Assembly: GCA_002104905.1 (NCBI GenBank)
Contig: MCFE01000286.1
Span: 39,056 to 103,055 of the forward strand
DNA length: 64,000 bases
From: Basidiobolus meristosporus CBS 931.73
Taxonomy: Eukaryota > Fungi > Basidiobolomycota
Direction: 5' to 3'
Numbering within the stretch: position 1 is the first letter of the stretch; each line of letters begins with the position of its first letter. Positions 30,038-42,869 of this stretch are shown here, piece after piece. The notes under the pieces were generated by a model, which saw only the letters and a list, made by a program, of their open reading frames with translations, had not been told where the DNA came from and searched no databases. A program made the translations under genes and the position numbers.

Positions 30038-31649
30038 TTCTGATTCAGGCTGAACCATGGTTGTAGAGTCCACTGGAGTGAAAAAATTTTCATTGTTTTG
30101 CTCTGATTCAATCCTGACAATTGGTGGACTTGGGATCAGATTTTTGTTATCATCTGATGTCATTTTTGTGAAAATTCTGAATTTTCATAACACAACACAT
30201 CCCTGGTCTTAATTAGCTTCTTTGCTTTGGTATTGTAGAGTTTGCATACTTTACTCTCATTGCAGTAACCCAAAAATATGCACTTTACACTTTTTGGCTC
30301 AAATTTTGATTGATTTCCGGGAGTTACTTGGCATATGCTGTACACTCAAATATTCTTAGATGTTCTGCACTTGGTCTGTACCCATGCCATGCTCCAAATG
30401 GAGTAGAATCACAAAGTATTCTGTTATAACTCCTATTTTTAATGCATACAGCAGTGGTAACTGATTCTGTCCAAAAATCATAGGATAATTTTTGATCAGG
30501 GATCATAGATCTTGCCATATCAATTATTGATCTGTTTGCACATTCTGCTACTCCATTTTACTGTGGGGAGTATGGTACAGTAGTCTCTTGCTTTATCCCA
30601 TGAACTTTGCAGAAGTGGATGAAGAGTGTTGAGGTATATTCTCCACCATTGTCAGAGTGTATTTTCTTGATTTTTTCACCAGTTTCTCTCTCCACTGTGG
30701 CTTTAAGCTCCCTGAGCTTAGACAGAGCTTCTTCCTTTCTCTCCATGAAGCAAACCCACATTTATCTTGTATAATCATCAATAAAAGTGATCAAAAACTT
30801 CATTCCACCTAAGGATAAATTTTGCATAGGTCCACACAGATCTGAGTGAATTAGATCTAATTTTTTCTTAATTTTGATTAATCCAGAGCTCTTGAACAGA
30901 TGTCTGGCTTGTTTCCCATATATGCAGGCTTCACAGTGCTCCAAATTAGCTGGGTGAGCAGTTTTTACTCCAGAAATTAGCTGATCTTTGATCATTTTGC
31001 GCAAATAATCAAAATTGATGTGCCCAAACCTCCTGTGCCAAAGCATTGGTGTTTCTTCATTTAAGTTAGTTATATTGGCTTCCAAATATGATGGAATATA
31101 AGTCATCTTGTATAAAATCTGATCTCTGATACCCAAAGCAATCTGGGCACCATTTTGATTAGTGATCTTGCATCCAGAATTGTCCAAGCTGAAACTGAGT
31201 CCTTCTGCTGTGGCCTTGCTTACAGATAGCAGGTTCTTGGCTATTTCTGGTACATAGACTACTTCTTTAAAGGTCAGTGTATGGCTTCCTTCACTGCTTC
31301 TTAGGTATACTTGGATAGTTCCTTCTCCCACTGCATCAAGTGTCCTATTGTTACCCATGAAAACCTTCTTAATTAGAATTTCTTGATATTTGGTAAAAAG
31401 TTCTTCTTGGTGTGTAAAATGTTGAGATGCTCAAGTGTCAATGTACCACATCTGAGAATCCTTGTCTGTGGTCATATTTAGTGCAGATATGAATAGTCTA
31501 TCTTCAGTTGTTGCAACATTTCCATATTCAGGCTTCTTTTGCAGATTATCTCTCTTTTTGACACATTGGTCTGCTGTGTGTCCCTTCCTTTTGCAGTAGT
31601 TGCAAAATAGGTTGCTGTTGCCTTTGTAGGGTCTTGGGTACCTCCTTTG

Positions 31650-34600
31650 TGTTGTAATTATTGAATTGTCACCTAAATATTCATGCTAACTTAGTCACAT
31701 AGATCTTATTCTGTGATTAGCATTCTGTCCTGACTAGATTTCTTGTTGGGATTTACTTAGAATATTTTCACCAAATTGTCAGGTACCCAGATTATTATTT
31801 TTCTCAAAGTCGTCCAAAAGACCCCAAACTTTGCACACATATTCTTGGGACCTTCCTTAACAAACTCTACACGTTTGTTTCCTCTACTTTATCAAAAGTA
31901 TAAATACCATACTTTTGATCAATAAATCTACAAGTGAATAACATGTAAATCTTCTAGTTCTCCACATCACTTCCAATACTCCTCAGAATATTGCAACAGG
32001 TTATGAGCCCCGAGCTTGCTGTCCTCTTGGTGTCTACTATGCTTTGGATCCTTTTCTGCTAGTCTGGAGAAAGACTTTCCGCACTATTGCTCTGCTAAGG
32101 TTAAAGAAGACTACCGCTGCTAAAGGACTATGTTTATGAGGATATTGCTGTGGAGAAGAAGGCCTTGCCTTTAAAAGATGCCTTCAGTAACTATCCAAGT
32201 TAGTTATGAAGAAGAGTCAATCAAACTGGCATGTAATTGTGTCAAGAAATATAGTATGTTGGTGCTTTACCACTACTGAAGAAAACTGCGTAATTCCAGC
32301 AATTGAGGGTCCAGATCTACAATGAAATATACTGCAATATGTATTCATATGACCCCAATTGACTGTTAGACAAGCTTTTGGATAGGATATTATCCTGAAT
32401 TGCAAAAGAAAAAAATATAGATCATTATTAATGATTGCCGGAGGAGGATTTTACCAAAAATCTGTTGCCACTCAAAATACAGCTGAGAATGCAAATACTG
32501 GAGCTGTTAGCCGCCATTCTGGACTATCTACTGATGGAAAAAGATCTCAGAAACAAGCTTCCTGAATTGTAAGGATCCCAATGATATATAATACATATAT
32601 ATCCACCTGGAGTACGGATATGTACTACACAATCCATTAGAAGAATGCTATAATTGTATCAAGTGTTTTGATACTGAAACCAGTGTACCAGGAGCTAAAT
32701 ATGGAGCTGTTAGACGTGCTATCACTCTGTTTAAGTCTCAAAACAGTGGGAGAAAGTATTATACAAATTTAGCAAAATCAACTCATGAAGATTCTACCGC
32801 CAGCCAAAGGAGTGAAGCATATAATTGCAAGCCTGATTGGAGTATACAACCAAGCAACAGTTGGTCAGTACACAGCTAAGAGCCACTCAGAAGATAACAC
32901 AGTACTTTATACTTGTTATATATATATCACTTATTACAGTGGGAGAAAACACTTGGTGATATTTAACTTCTCTGGATCAGATCAGAAGAATTTTGATTGA
33001 TCAAGTCACCGCCAAGTTCTGCAACTCAAAATACTGATATATTGGAGTCTGATACCGAAGTATTGATGAAGCTAGCTATCAAATGCAGTTTATTTGATCA
33101 AATTTGGTCAACTCTATCAAAAGTTATGAATGATCTAAGTGGATGCCGATTTTGATTATTTCACTCTCAAATAGTCAGATATTCTGGAACAATGATGTCA
33201 TGGAGACTCTTGTGCTCAAAAACACCGTGGTCCTACCTGCAAGGAAGTCCAGAACCACCCCACAAAAGGAATTATCCCTGGGTCATCAGCAGAAAAAGAA
33301 AAGAAGAAAAAATGGAAAATACTACTACCGCAAACTAGGGCACTTCCCAAATGGTGCCAAAACTTATGTAGGCCATATTTGGACTATCTGGCAATGCAGA
33401 TATGTTCTATGGAGCCTCTTGTACGAAGTTCTCAAGCTAGAAACCCCAGAAGAGCCTTGAAACTTCAACAGGATCTGTTAGATATTGTAGTATATATTGG
33501 AACAGATTATTTAGTGCAGAAGTCTTGATGTCTGCTGTCTATGGAGCTGAAAGAAAAAGGTGCAAGGATCAACCAGATGGTTTTTATGGATCCTGAAGAC
33601 ACTGAGAAGATCAGTTAGCCTTGGAAACCGAGCTCAAGGTTGAAAATAACTATCAGGAGAATAAGGATAATCAAAGCCCTTGTTAAGGAGAATCTCACTT
33701 CTGGAAAAGCGCCAATCTCTATTCTACAAGTATATTCTGATAAGACAAAAGCAGCTGTATCAATCCAAATCAGTAGAAGCACTCTAAGAATAGCTACCAA
33801 ACAACCCATGGTGTTGTCCAATACCAAACTGGGTAAATCAAGAAGCAAATGGACTTTGAATCTACCGCATATGAAGTAATCAGTCCAAAGAAAGTTATTG
33901 CTATTTAAAGAAGACAAAGATGACCATTCTAGATCATATTTGTGGATCTGAATCACTAAACAGACGTGGTTCAAGTGGGAGCAGGCCATCCCAGCTCAGA
34001 GTTGAGCAAAAACCTTCTTTTTTTGGCCATGTTATATGTGCCACAGTGCCAGGAAACAAGGATAATCCGGATCAGGCGTAAATGACAAAACCTTAACTTG
34101 ACCCAAAGTAGGTCACTATTTTTTACCTCATATAGCATCTATATGATGGAAGTAACTGTCCCTGAGCCTAATATGGACACACAGTGAAGTTGTCTAAATG
34201 GATTAGACTGTTGGCCGGAAATAAGGAAACTCCAGATCTGCCGTAAATGACAAAACCTTAACTTGACCAAAAGTGGGTCAATTTTGCTCAAATAAGAAGC
34301 ATTGGATAGCCCAGAGGCTATATACCATTATTACGATCTGTCAATTAGACTCAGCTTATTATTCAAGCCCGTACAACTGATCAAAGTTGATGATTAGTAT
34401 TATGATCAGATCATTCAGATTTTTAGGCATATTACTAAGTAGATATGCATACTGAATTCCAAGTTACTTGTTCTATTAAGTTGAACACAAATGCATACAC
34501 CTTTGGATAATATATTAGTCCAGTATGTAAAACAGTTAAATCTTATACGCTTATTACAGATTGCACACTCACAATATGTATTTATTACTCATGAATATTT

Positions 34601-34962
34601 TGTTGAGTGGGAGTGTTGTAATTATTGAATTGTCACCTAAATATTCATGCTAACTTAGTCACATAGATCTTATTCTGTGATTAGCATTCTGTCCTGACTA
34701 GATTTCTTGTCGGGATTTACTTAGAATATTTTCACCAAATTGTCAGGTACCCAGATTATTATTTTTCTCAAAGTCGTCCAAAAGACCCCAAACTTTGCAC
34801 ACATATTCTTGGGACCTTCCTTAACAAACTCTACACGTTTGTTTCCTCTACTTTATCAAAAGTATAAATACCATACTTTTGATCAATAAATCTACAAGTG
34901 AATAACATGTAAATCTTCTAGTTCTCCACATCACTTCCAATACTCCTCAGAATATTGCAACA
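31650..34962 (+). mobile_element. Young non-autonomous LTR element C (349-bp family-2 LTRs at 31650-31998 and 34614-34962)
   Basis: TSD CTTTG (31645-31649, 34963-34967); I found one mismatch between the LTRs; PBS GGTTATGAGCCC; PPT GAGTGGGAG; no long internal ORF. Confidence 0.92.
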
Positions 34963-35064
34963 CTTTGTTGGTTATCACTGCTTATTAAAGAATTTTCTTC
35001 TTCCTTCTTATTGGTGCTTGATTTTCTTAATTCTTCATCCAGGAGTCTTCCATATACATAATTT

Positions 35065-35395
35065 TGTTGTAAGAGTCTTGGAGATATTGGAAGTGATTGG
35101 GAGAACAAGTAGATTATGTGGTTTTCACTTAGTGATTTATTGAATGTAAAAGTAGTATTTATACTTTTGCATGGTCTCAGCATAACAAACATGTATAATA
35201 GGTTAAGGAAGGTCCTGAGAACCTGTGTGCAAAGTTTGGGGCTGTTTGGACAACTTTGAGAATTTTCATGTTCTAGGTAAATATTCTAAGTAAATCCCAA
35301 CAAGGAATTAGGTCAGTATTCTCTAGGATATGAAGGTAATGATCTAAGTGACTAAGTTAGGTGAATATTTAGGTGTAAATACAAATTTTACAACA
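35065..35395 (-). mobile_element. Solo family-1 LTR inserted in gag of element B
   Basis: Perfect TSD AATTT; removal restores DLTLNYVYGRL. Confidence 0.92.
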
Positions 35396-37187
35396 AATTT
35401 AAGGTCAAATCTTCAGTTCTGGACTCTAGGGCTGGTACAAGGCCCTGAAACTTGTCTGTCAGGCTATTCAGGATGGTAACCATCACATTCTCATCAGTAG
35501 TTAGTATGCCCATAGATTCCATTTCATCTACCAGCAGGGTAGTTCTGCTGATTAGATTTTTCATTTCTTCTCCTGGCAGCATCTTTGTAGTAAAGAATTT
35601 TTGTCTCAGATACATATTCTTAGCAGCTGAACAAGACTGGTAGGTGTCTTCTAAAGCCTTCCAGGCATTCTTTGCTGTTTTTGCTCTTGAGTATTGAATT
35701 AGCAATCTGTCCTTAACATTAAGGCAAATGCAGTTAAAGGCACTTTGTTCTTTCCTCTGGTACCTTAAGGCTTCCTCTCCCACATTCTGAGGAGGGCATT
35801 CTTCTCCCATGACAATATCCCAAAGGCCTCTTTCTTGTAGTAGCATCTTCATCTTCACCTTCCACACTTGGTAGTTAGATCCATCCAACTTTTCAGCAGA
35901 GGGAAAAATTCCAGTAATAGCAGTAGTAAGCATTGCAGAGAGTGACAGCTTTGGGCTCATAACCTGTTGTAAGAGTCTTGGAGATATTGGAAGTGATTGG
36001 GAGAACAAGTAGATTATGTGGTTTTCACTTAAAGATTTATTGAATGTAAAAGTAGTGTTTATACTTTTACATGGTCTTGGCATTACAAACACATAGAATA
36101 GATTAAGAAAGGTCCCAAAAAACATGTGTGCAAATTTTGGGGCTGTTTGGGCAACTTTGAGAATTTTCATGTACTGGGTACCTGGTATTTTGGTCAAAAT
36201 ATTCTAAGTAAATCCCAACAAGGAATTTGGTCAGTATTCTCTAGGATTTGAAGGTGATGATCTAAGTGACTAAGTTAGGTGAATACTTAGGTGGAATTAC
36301 AAATTCTTACAACACTCCCACTAAGCTAAATGTTCACACTGACTAGTCCTAATTTTGACCTAAGATATTCAAACTTGTCTCTAGCTAATGGTTTGGTAAA
36401 TATGTCTGCAATCATTTCATCTGTAGGACAGTAAACTAAGCTAACTAAGTTATTCTCTAGGGCTTCATGTATGAAATGATGTCTAATATCTATGTGCTTG
36501 GTTCTAGCATGAAAAGTTGGATTTCTACCTAATTGTATACATCATTGATTATCTTGAAATAAATTAATAGGCATTTTTTGACATAGGCCTAAATCTGCAA
36601 AGAGTTTTCTTAACCATATTGCTTCTTTTGTAGCTTCACAGGCTGCCATATACTCTGCGTCTGTAGTAGAAAGTGCTACAGTTGGCTGCTTTCTTGAATT
36701 CCATGAAATTGCTCCTTTACAGTAAAGAAAGGTGTATCCTGTGGTGGATCTTCTGTCTTCCAAATTTTGTCCCCAATCAGCATCAGAGTATCCCACAAGA
36801 TCCTGTTCTGAATCCTTATAAGTGTATCTTAAGCAGATATCAGCAGTTCCTTTTAGGTATCTAAAAATCCGCTTAACTGCTGCAATATGATCAGATCCAT
36901 AGTTCTGATTATGTTGGCTGACAACTCCCACTGAATATGAGATATCTGGGCCTGTTCCAAGCATGATATACATCCAACTGCCAACCATAGATTGATAAGG
37001 AAAGTCAGGGCTTTCAGATGGCACCAAGCTATCTTGATTTGGTTGAGTTTTGACCAAGTTAAGGTTTGTCTCCATTGAGGTAGCTGCCAGTTTACAGTCT
37101 TCCATTTTGTACTTCTTTAGTATATCTTGAATATACTTGGATTGGCTTAGGGTAATAGTCTGGGTACTTCTGTCTATGGAGAACTTC

Positions 37188-37494
37188 ATCCCTAAGTAGT
37201 AACTAAGTTCTCCTAGACAGGACATCTTGAACTCCTTAGATAGGCTGGATTTAGTCTCTTCAATGTTTCTAGGTTATTGGCAGCTATAATAAGATCATCC
37301 ACATATAGAGCTAATAGAACTGGATTTGCTCTATCTGGCTTATCCCTAAGTAGTAACTGAGCACTCCTAGATTCAACATCTTGAACTCCTTAGATAGGCT
37401 GGATTTAGTCTCTTCAATGTTTCTAGGCTATTGGCAGCTATAATAAGATCATCCACATATAGAGCTAATAGGACTGGATTTGCTCTGTCTGGCT
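37188..37494. repeat. Tandem duplication (period 154 bp) in the RT region of element A
   Basis: ATCCCTAAGTAGTAACT...ATTTGCTCT occurs at 37188 and 37342. Confidence 0.85.
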
Positions 37495-37773
37495 GAAAGT
37501 ATCTACTATAGTCAGCATTACTCCTTTTGAAACTAAAAGATTCCAAATAAGAATCTATCTTGCAAATCCAGGCTCTTGGTGATTGTCTGAGACCATATAG
37601 TGACTTTTTAAGCTTGCAGACTAAATGAGAGTTATCTTGGTCAACAAACCCATCAGACTGGTCCATATACACGTCCTCAGCAAGTTCTCCATTCAAAAAT
37701 GCAGTTTTTACATCCATTTGATGAATAAAAAACTTATATTTGGCTGCAATAGCCAATATTAATCTGATGGAAT

Positions 37774-38104
37774 TGTTGTAAAAATTTGTATTTCCACCTA
37801 AATATTCACCTAACTTAGTCACTTAGATCATCACCTTCAAATCCTAAAGAATACTGACCAAATTCCTTGTTGGGATTTACTTAAAATATTTACCCAGAAC
37901 ATGAATATTCTCAAAGTTGTCCAAACAGCCCAAACTTTGCACACATGTTCTTGGGACCTTTTGTAACCTATTCTATGTGTTTGTAATGCCAAGACCAGGT
38001 AAAAGTATAAATACTACTTTTACATTTAATAATTCATTAAGTGAAAACCACATAATCTACTTGTTCTCCCAATCACTTCCAATATCTCCAAGACTCTTAC
38101 AAAA
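37774..38104 (+). mobile_element. Solo family-1 LTR inserted antisense in the RT of element A
   Basis: Perfect TSD GGAAT (37769-37773, 38105-38109); removal restores APVAKFNSIRLILAIAAK. Confidence 0.93.
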
Positions 38105-41100
38105 GGAATTAAACTTGGCTACTGGTGCAAGTTCTCAGTATAGTCAAGTCCTTTTGTTTGAGAGTGTCCTTTGGCTACAAGTCTTGCTTTGTATCTTTCA
38201 ATTGTACCATCAGCCTTGTATTTTGTCTTGAAGACCCATCTGCATTCAATTGATTTTTGGTTGATTGGTAATTTGACCAAGTCCCAAGTTTGATTTTCCA
38301 TCAGGGCCTGATATTCCTCAGTCATTGCAGATCTCCAAAACTTTGTCTGAGGGCTATTTAGGGCCTCTTTTACAGTCTGGGGTTCATCAATATGGACTGA
38401 ATTGGCATAGGCTAAGTTTGTACCCTCATTAATATAGTAATTTGGGCTATTTCTTGTCCAATTAGATCTCTGGGCTTTTGATACTGGAATGATCACTTCT
38501 GGGATATTCCTGGGCACTGATTCTGGCTGAACCACAGTTTTAGAGTCCTCTGGAGTGAAAAAAGTTTCATTGTTTTGCTCTGATTCAATCCAGACAATTG
38601 GTGGACTTGAGATCAAATTTTTGTCATCATCTGATGTCATTTTTTGTGAAAATTTTGAATTTTCATCAAACAACACATTGCTGGACTTGATCAGCTTCTT
38701 TGCTTTGGTATTGTATAGTCTGTATGCCTTACTCTAATTGCAGTGGCCCAAAAATATGCATTTTACACTTTTTGGCTCAAATTTTCACTGATTTCCGGCC
38801 AGTTTTTTGGCATATGCTGTACACCCAAATATTCTTATATGTTCTGCACTTGGTCTGTATCCATGCCATGCTTCAAATGGAGTAGAATCACAAAGTATTC
38901 TGTTATAACTCCTATTTTTAAGGTATACAGCAGTGGCAACTGATTCTGTCCAAAAATCATAGGAAAATTTTTGATCATGGATCATAGATCTTGCCATATC
39001 AATTATTGATCTGTTAGCTTGTTCTGCTACTCCATTTTGCTGTGGGGAGTATGGTACAGTAGTCTCTTCTTTATCCCATGAATTTTGCAGAAGTGGATGA
39101 AGAGTTTTGAGGAATATTCTCCACCATTGTCAGAGCATATTTTCTTGACTTTTTCACCAGTTTCTCTCTCCACCATTGCTTTAAACTCCCTGAACTTAGA
39201 CAGAGCTTCTTCCTTTCTCTCCATGAAGTAGACCCATGTGTATCTTGTATAATCATCAATAAAAGTGATTAAATACTTCATCCCGCCTAAAAATAAATTT
39301 TGCATAGGTCCACACAGATCTGAGTGAATTAGATCTAATTTTTTCTTAGTTTTGATTAACCCAGAGCTCTTGAACGGTTGTCTGGCTTGTTTCCCATATA
39401 TGCAGGCTTCACAGTGCTCCAAATTAGCTGGGGGAGCAGTTTTTACTCCAGAAATTAGCTGATCTTTGATCATTTTGCGCAAATAATCAAAATTGATGTG
39501 CCCAAACCTCCTGTTCCAAAGCATTGGTGTTTCTTCATTTAAGTTACTTATATTGGCTTCCAGATATGATGGAATATAAGTCAACTTGTATAGATTCTGA
39601 TCTCTGATGCCTGAAGCAATATGGGCACCATTTTGATCAGTGATCCTGCATCCAGAATTGTCAAAACTGAAACTGAGTCCTCCTGCTGTGGCCTTGCTTA
39701 CAGATAGTAGGTTCTTGGCTATTTCTGGTACATAGAGTACTTCTTTAAAGGTCAGTGTATGGCATCCTTCACTGCTTCTAAGGCTTACTTGGATAGTTCC
39801 TTCTCCCACTGCATCAAGTGTTCTATTGTCACCTATGAAAACCTTCTTAATTGGAATTTCTTGATATTGCGTATAAAGTTCTTTTTGGTGTGTAAAGTGT
39901 TGAGAAGCTCCAGAGTCAATATATCATGTCTGATAATCCTTGTTTGTGGTCATATTTAGTGCAGGTATGAAGAGTCTATCTTCAGTTGTTGCAGCATTTC
40001 CATATTCAGGCTTCTTTTGCTGATAATCTCTCTTTTTGAGACACCGGTCTGATGTGTGTCCTTTCCTTTTGCAGTAGTTGCAAAATAGGTTTCTGTTGCC
40101 ATTGTAGGGACTTGGGTACCTCCTTTGTTGGTTATCATTGCTTATTAAAGCATTTTCTTCTTCCTTCTTATTGGCGCTTGATTTTCTTAATTTTTCATCC
40201 TGGAGCCTTCCATATACATAATTTAAGGTCAAGTCATCAGTTCTGGTCTCTAGGGCTGATACAAGGCCCTGAAACTTGTCTGTCAGGCTATTCAGGATGG
40301 TAACTATCACGTCCTCATCAGTAGTTGGTACACCCACAGATTCCATCTCATCTACCAGTGGGGTAATTCTGTTAATTAGATTTTTCATTTCTTCTCCTGG
40401 CAGCATCTTTGTAGTAAAGAATTTTTGTCTCAGATACATTTTCTTGGCAGCTGAACATGACTGGTAGGTGTCTTCTAATGCTTTCCAGGCATTCTTTGCT
40501 GTTTTTGCTCTTGGGCATTGAATTAGCAATTTGTCCTTGACATTAAGGCAAATGCAGTTAAAGGCACTTTGTTCTTTCTTCTGGTACTTTAAGGCTTCCT
40601 CTCCCACGTTTTTAGGAGGGCATTCTTCTCCCATGACAATATCCCAAAGACCTCTTTCTTGTAGCAGCATCTTCATCTTCACCTTCCACACTTGGCAGTT
40701 GGATCCATCCAACTTTTCAGCAGAGAGAAAAGTTCCAGTAACAGCAGTAGTAGACATTGCAGAGAGTGACAGCTTGGGGCTCATAACCTGTTGTAAGAGT
40801 CTTTGAGATATTGGAAGTGATTGGGAGAACAAGTAGATCATGTGGTTTTCACTTAATGATTTATTGAATGTAAAAGTAGTGTTTATACTTTTACCTGGTC
40901 TTGGCATTACAAACATGTAGAATAGGTTAAGGAAGGTCCCAAGAATATGTGTGCAAAGTTTGGGGCTGTTTGGACAACTTATCTAATTTTCATGTTCTGG
41001 GTAAATATTCTAAGTAAATCCCAACAAGGAGTTTGGTCAGTATTCTCTAGGATTTGAAGGTGATGATCTAAGTGACTAAGTTAGGTGAATATTTAGGTGG

Positions 41101-41120
41101 AAATACAAATTTTTACAACA

Positions 41121-41270
41121 TGGACAACTTATCTAATTTTCATGCTCTGGGTAAATATTCTAAGTAAATCCCAACAAGGAATTTGGTCAGTATTCTCTGG
41201 GATTTGAAGGCAATGATCTTAGTGACTAAGTTAGGTGAATATTTAGGTGGAATTACAAATTTTTACAACA
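41121..41270 (-). mobile_element. Partial family-1 LTR abutting element A
   Basis: Repeats the last 150 bp of 40789-41120 and ends TTTTACAACA. Confidence 0.85.
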
Positions 41271-41539
41271 GTTACAAACAATAATTGGGAAGGTAATTTC
41301 AAGTTCACCACATTAAAATTTGAGGTTGTTGTAAACGGAATGGTGTAAACTCTGATGGCTACAAGTCAATACAGATTCAATCAGCAATTCTACCAATTGG
41401 GAAAGGGTGTGCTGGCAACAATATGAATATATATTGGCAAACAGATTGGATTGTTAACCTTTATGTCCTTGCTCAAGCATATCAGCAACACTCTCGCATA
41501 GGTTATTAGTGCTGCAAACTACTATAAAAAAAAAAGGCA

Positions 41540-42007
41540 CAAGGAAAGACACCTTTCGGTATCTACCAGGCCAATGAAATGCTGTTTATGGAGATTTGAA
41601 CGTAGAGTTATTTCATTAGCTTGCCACTTTGGTATGGCTCTGGCACCTTACGATGTAATTAGTGGCGGGAATTTCCAAACCAAAGGTGCAATAGATGAGC
41701 GTAGAAAGAGAGGATGGTGGCTAACGAGTGTGATCATGGCTCAGCAGGGTACGACTTGATGAGGTGGGGCAGACCACAAAAATGAGTCAGTGACAGCTAT
41801 TGTACTCGCTTATGTAAGTACCAAAGCAACAAGCGTATTTCCACTGACTCGAGGAAGAAAAGTAGAGCACCTCCACAATAATACTCGAGCGTTAAACTGG
41901 CAATCGAGTTTTTGGAAAATGTCAAGTCAAAGGAGTTGGGCTTTCGGAACAACTACTTTGGCGTTGATCCCAGAGTCACTGGGCTCACTACAACCATTTC
42001 ACCTCTA
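41540..42007 (+). pseudogene. AAD: Aryl-alcohol dehydrogenase / norsolorinic-acid-reductase-type aldo-keto reductase, 3' fragment
   Basis: FERRVISLACHFGMALAPYDVISGGNFQTKGAIDERRKRG and VTAIVLAYVSTKATSVFPLTRGRKVEHL resemble yeast AAD segments; frameshifts present. Confidence 0.75.
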
Positions 42008-42869
42008 GCAACTTCTTAAGCCAATTGCCCGTGCATAGACACTTGAGTCTCATATAAACATACGGTTTTTCATTGCATTCAGGAAATCTTTTCTATAGCT
42101 GTTATACTTGACTACAGTTGGTCGAAGGTATACTTTTTTCATTCTGGCACTCCACATATTCATTTCCCACAAGCAGCTGTGTTGTGGAGCAAGGTAAATC
42201 CGTATAGAAAAGTATCGGGAGATCAAACGCACCAACCAACATACCTCAAGGCTCTTGGGATATCGTTTTCCCATTCTTCTCTCAGGGCAACGCCACGGAG
42301 CCATCGAGAGCGCAAATTGGATAAATATTGGCAAGTATATATCCGGAGCAATATTGGCAGCAGCAGATCACACAGCAGCATTGATTGAGCCAGGAAATGT
42401 CAGCACAAATAACCATACTAAGCTGTGTTACTGGGAGAGTTGGAAGTTGACGCAGAGCACGGCCTGGGTTACTTCATCTTTATTTGCCAAGACCGTCTGA
42501 TTAGGAATTCTATTGATAAATCATGCCAAGACCACCTAGTTGGGAATTCCTTTGATATTCCTCCAGTCGCGTTATGAGAATCGTGGAAAAGTGTTTCGGT
42601 TACTTGTCTCCATAATACAAGACAGTCACCATAATTAAGCAGGTGCAAGGAACACTACTCCTTACCAGCCATCAACGCGACCGTAGAAAAATCCGGAACC
42701 GCCTAATAGTTACGTAGTACCCCTGCTAAAGCAATATTTCAAATCAAAGTCTCCTATCAGAAGGCTAGATCCCTCCAGTAGATATTGCTCTGCCTCGATG
42801 TTAAATAGGCCTTGGTGCTCGCAAAACATCTCTACGATAGTCTCAAGCTCACTTTAACGCACAATCACA

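Larger units (their letters stand above)
30038..35964 (-). mobile_element. Copia element B (PBS, gag, protease, integrase; 3' part deleted), interrupted by two insertions
   Basis: gag KLDGSNYQVWKVKMKMLL, CCHC knuckle, WYIDT*AS, LWHRRFGHIN, LIHSDLCGP, DNGGEY; stops and frameshifts. Confidence 0.9.
35965..41120 (-). mobile_element. Copia element A, full domain set but mutated (5' LTR 40789-41120, 3' LTR 35965-36314)
   Basis: gag-PR-IN-RT-RH order: CNYCKRKGHTSDRC, YIDSGAS, rve core, YKARLVAKG, HQMDVKTAFLNG, LYVDDL, YSDADWG, TVALSTTDAEY; PPT next to 36315. Confidence 0.93.
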
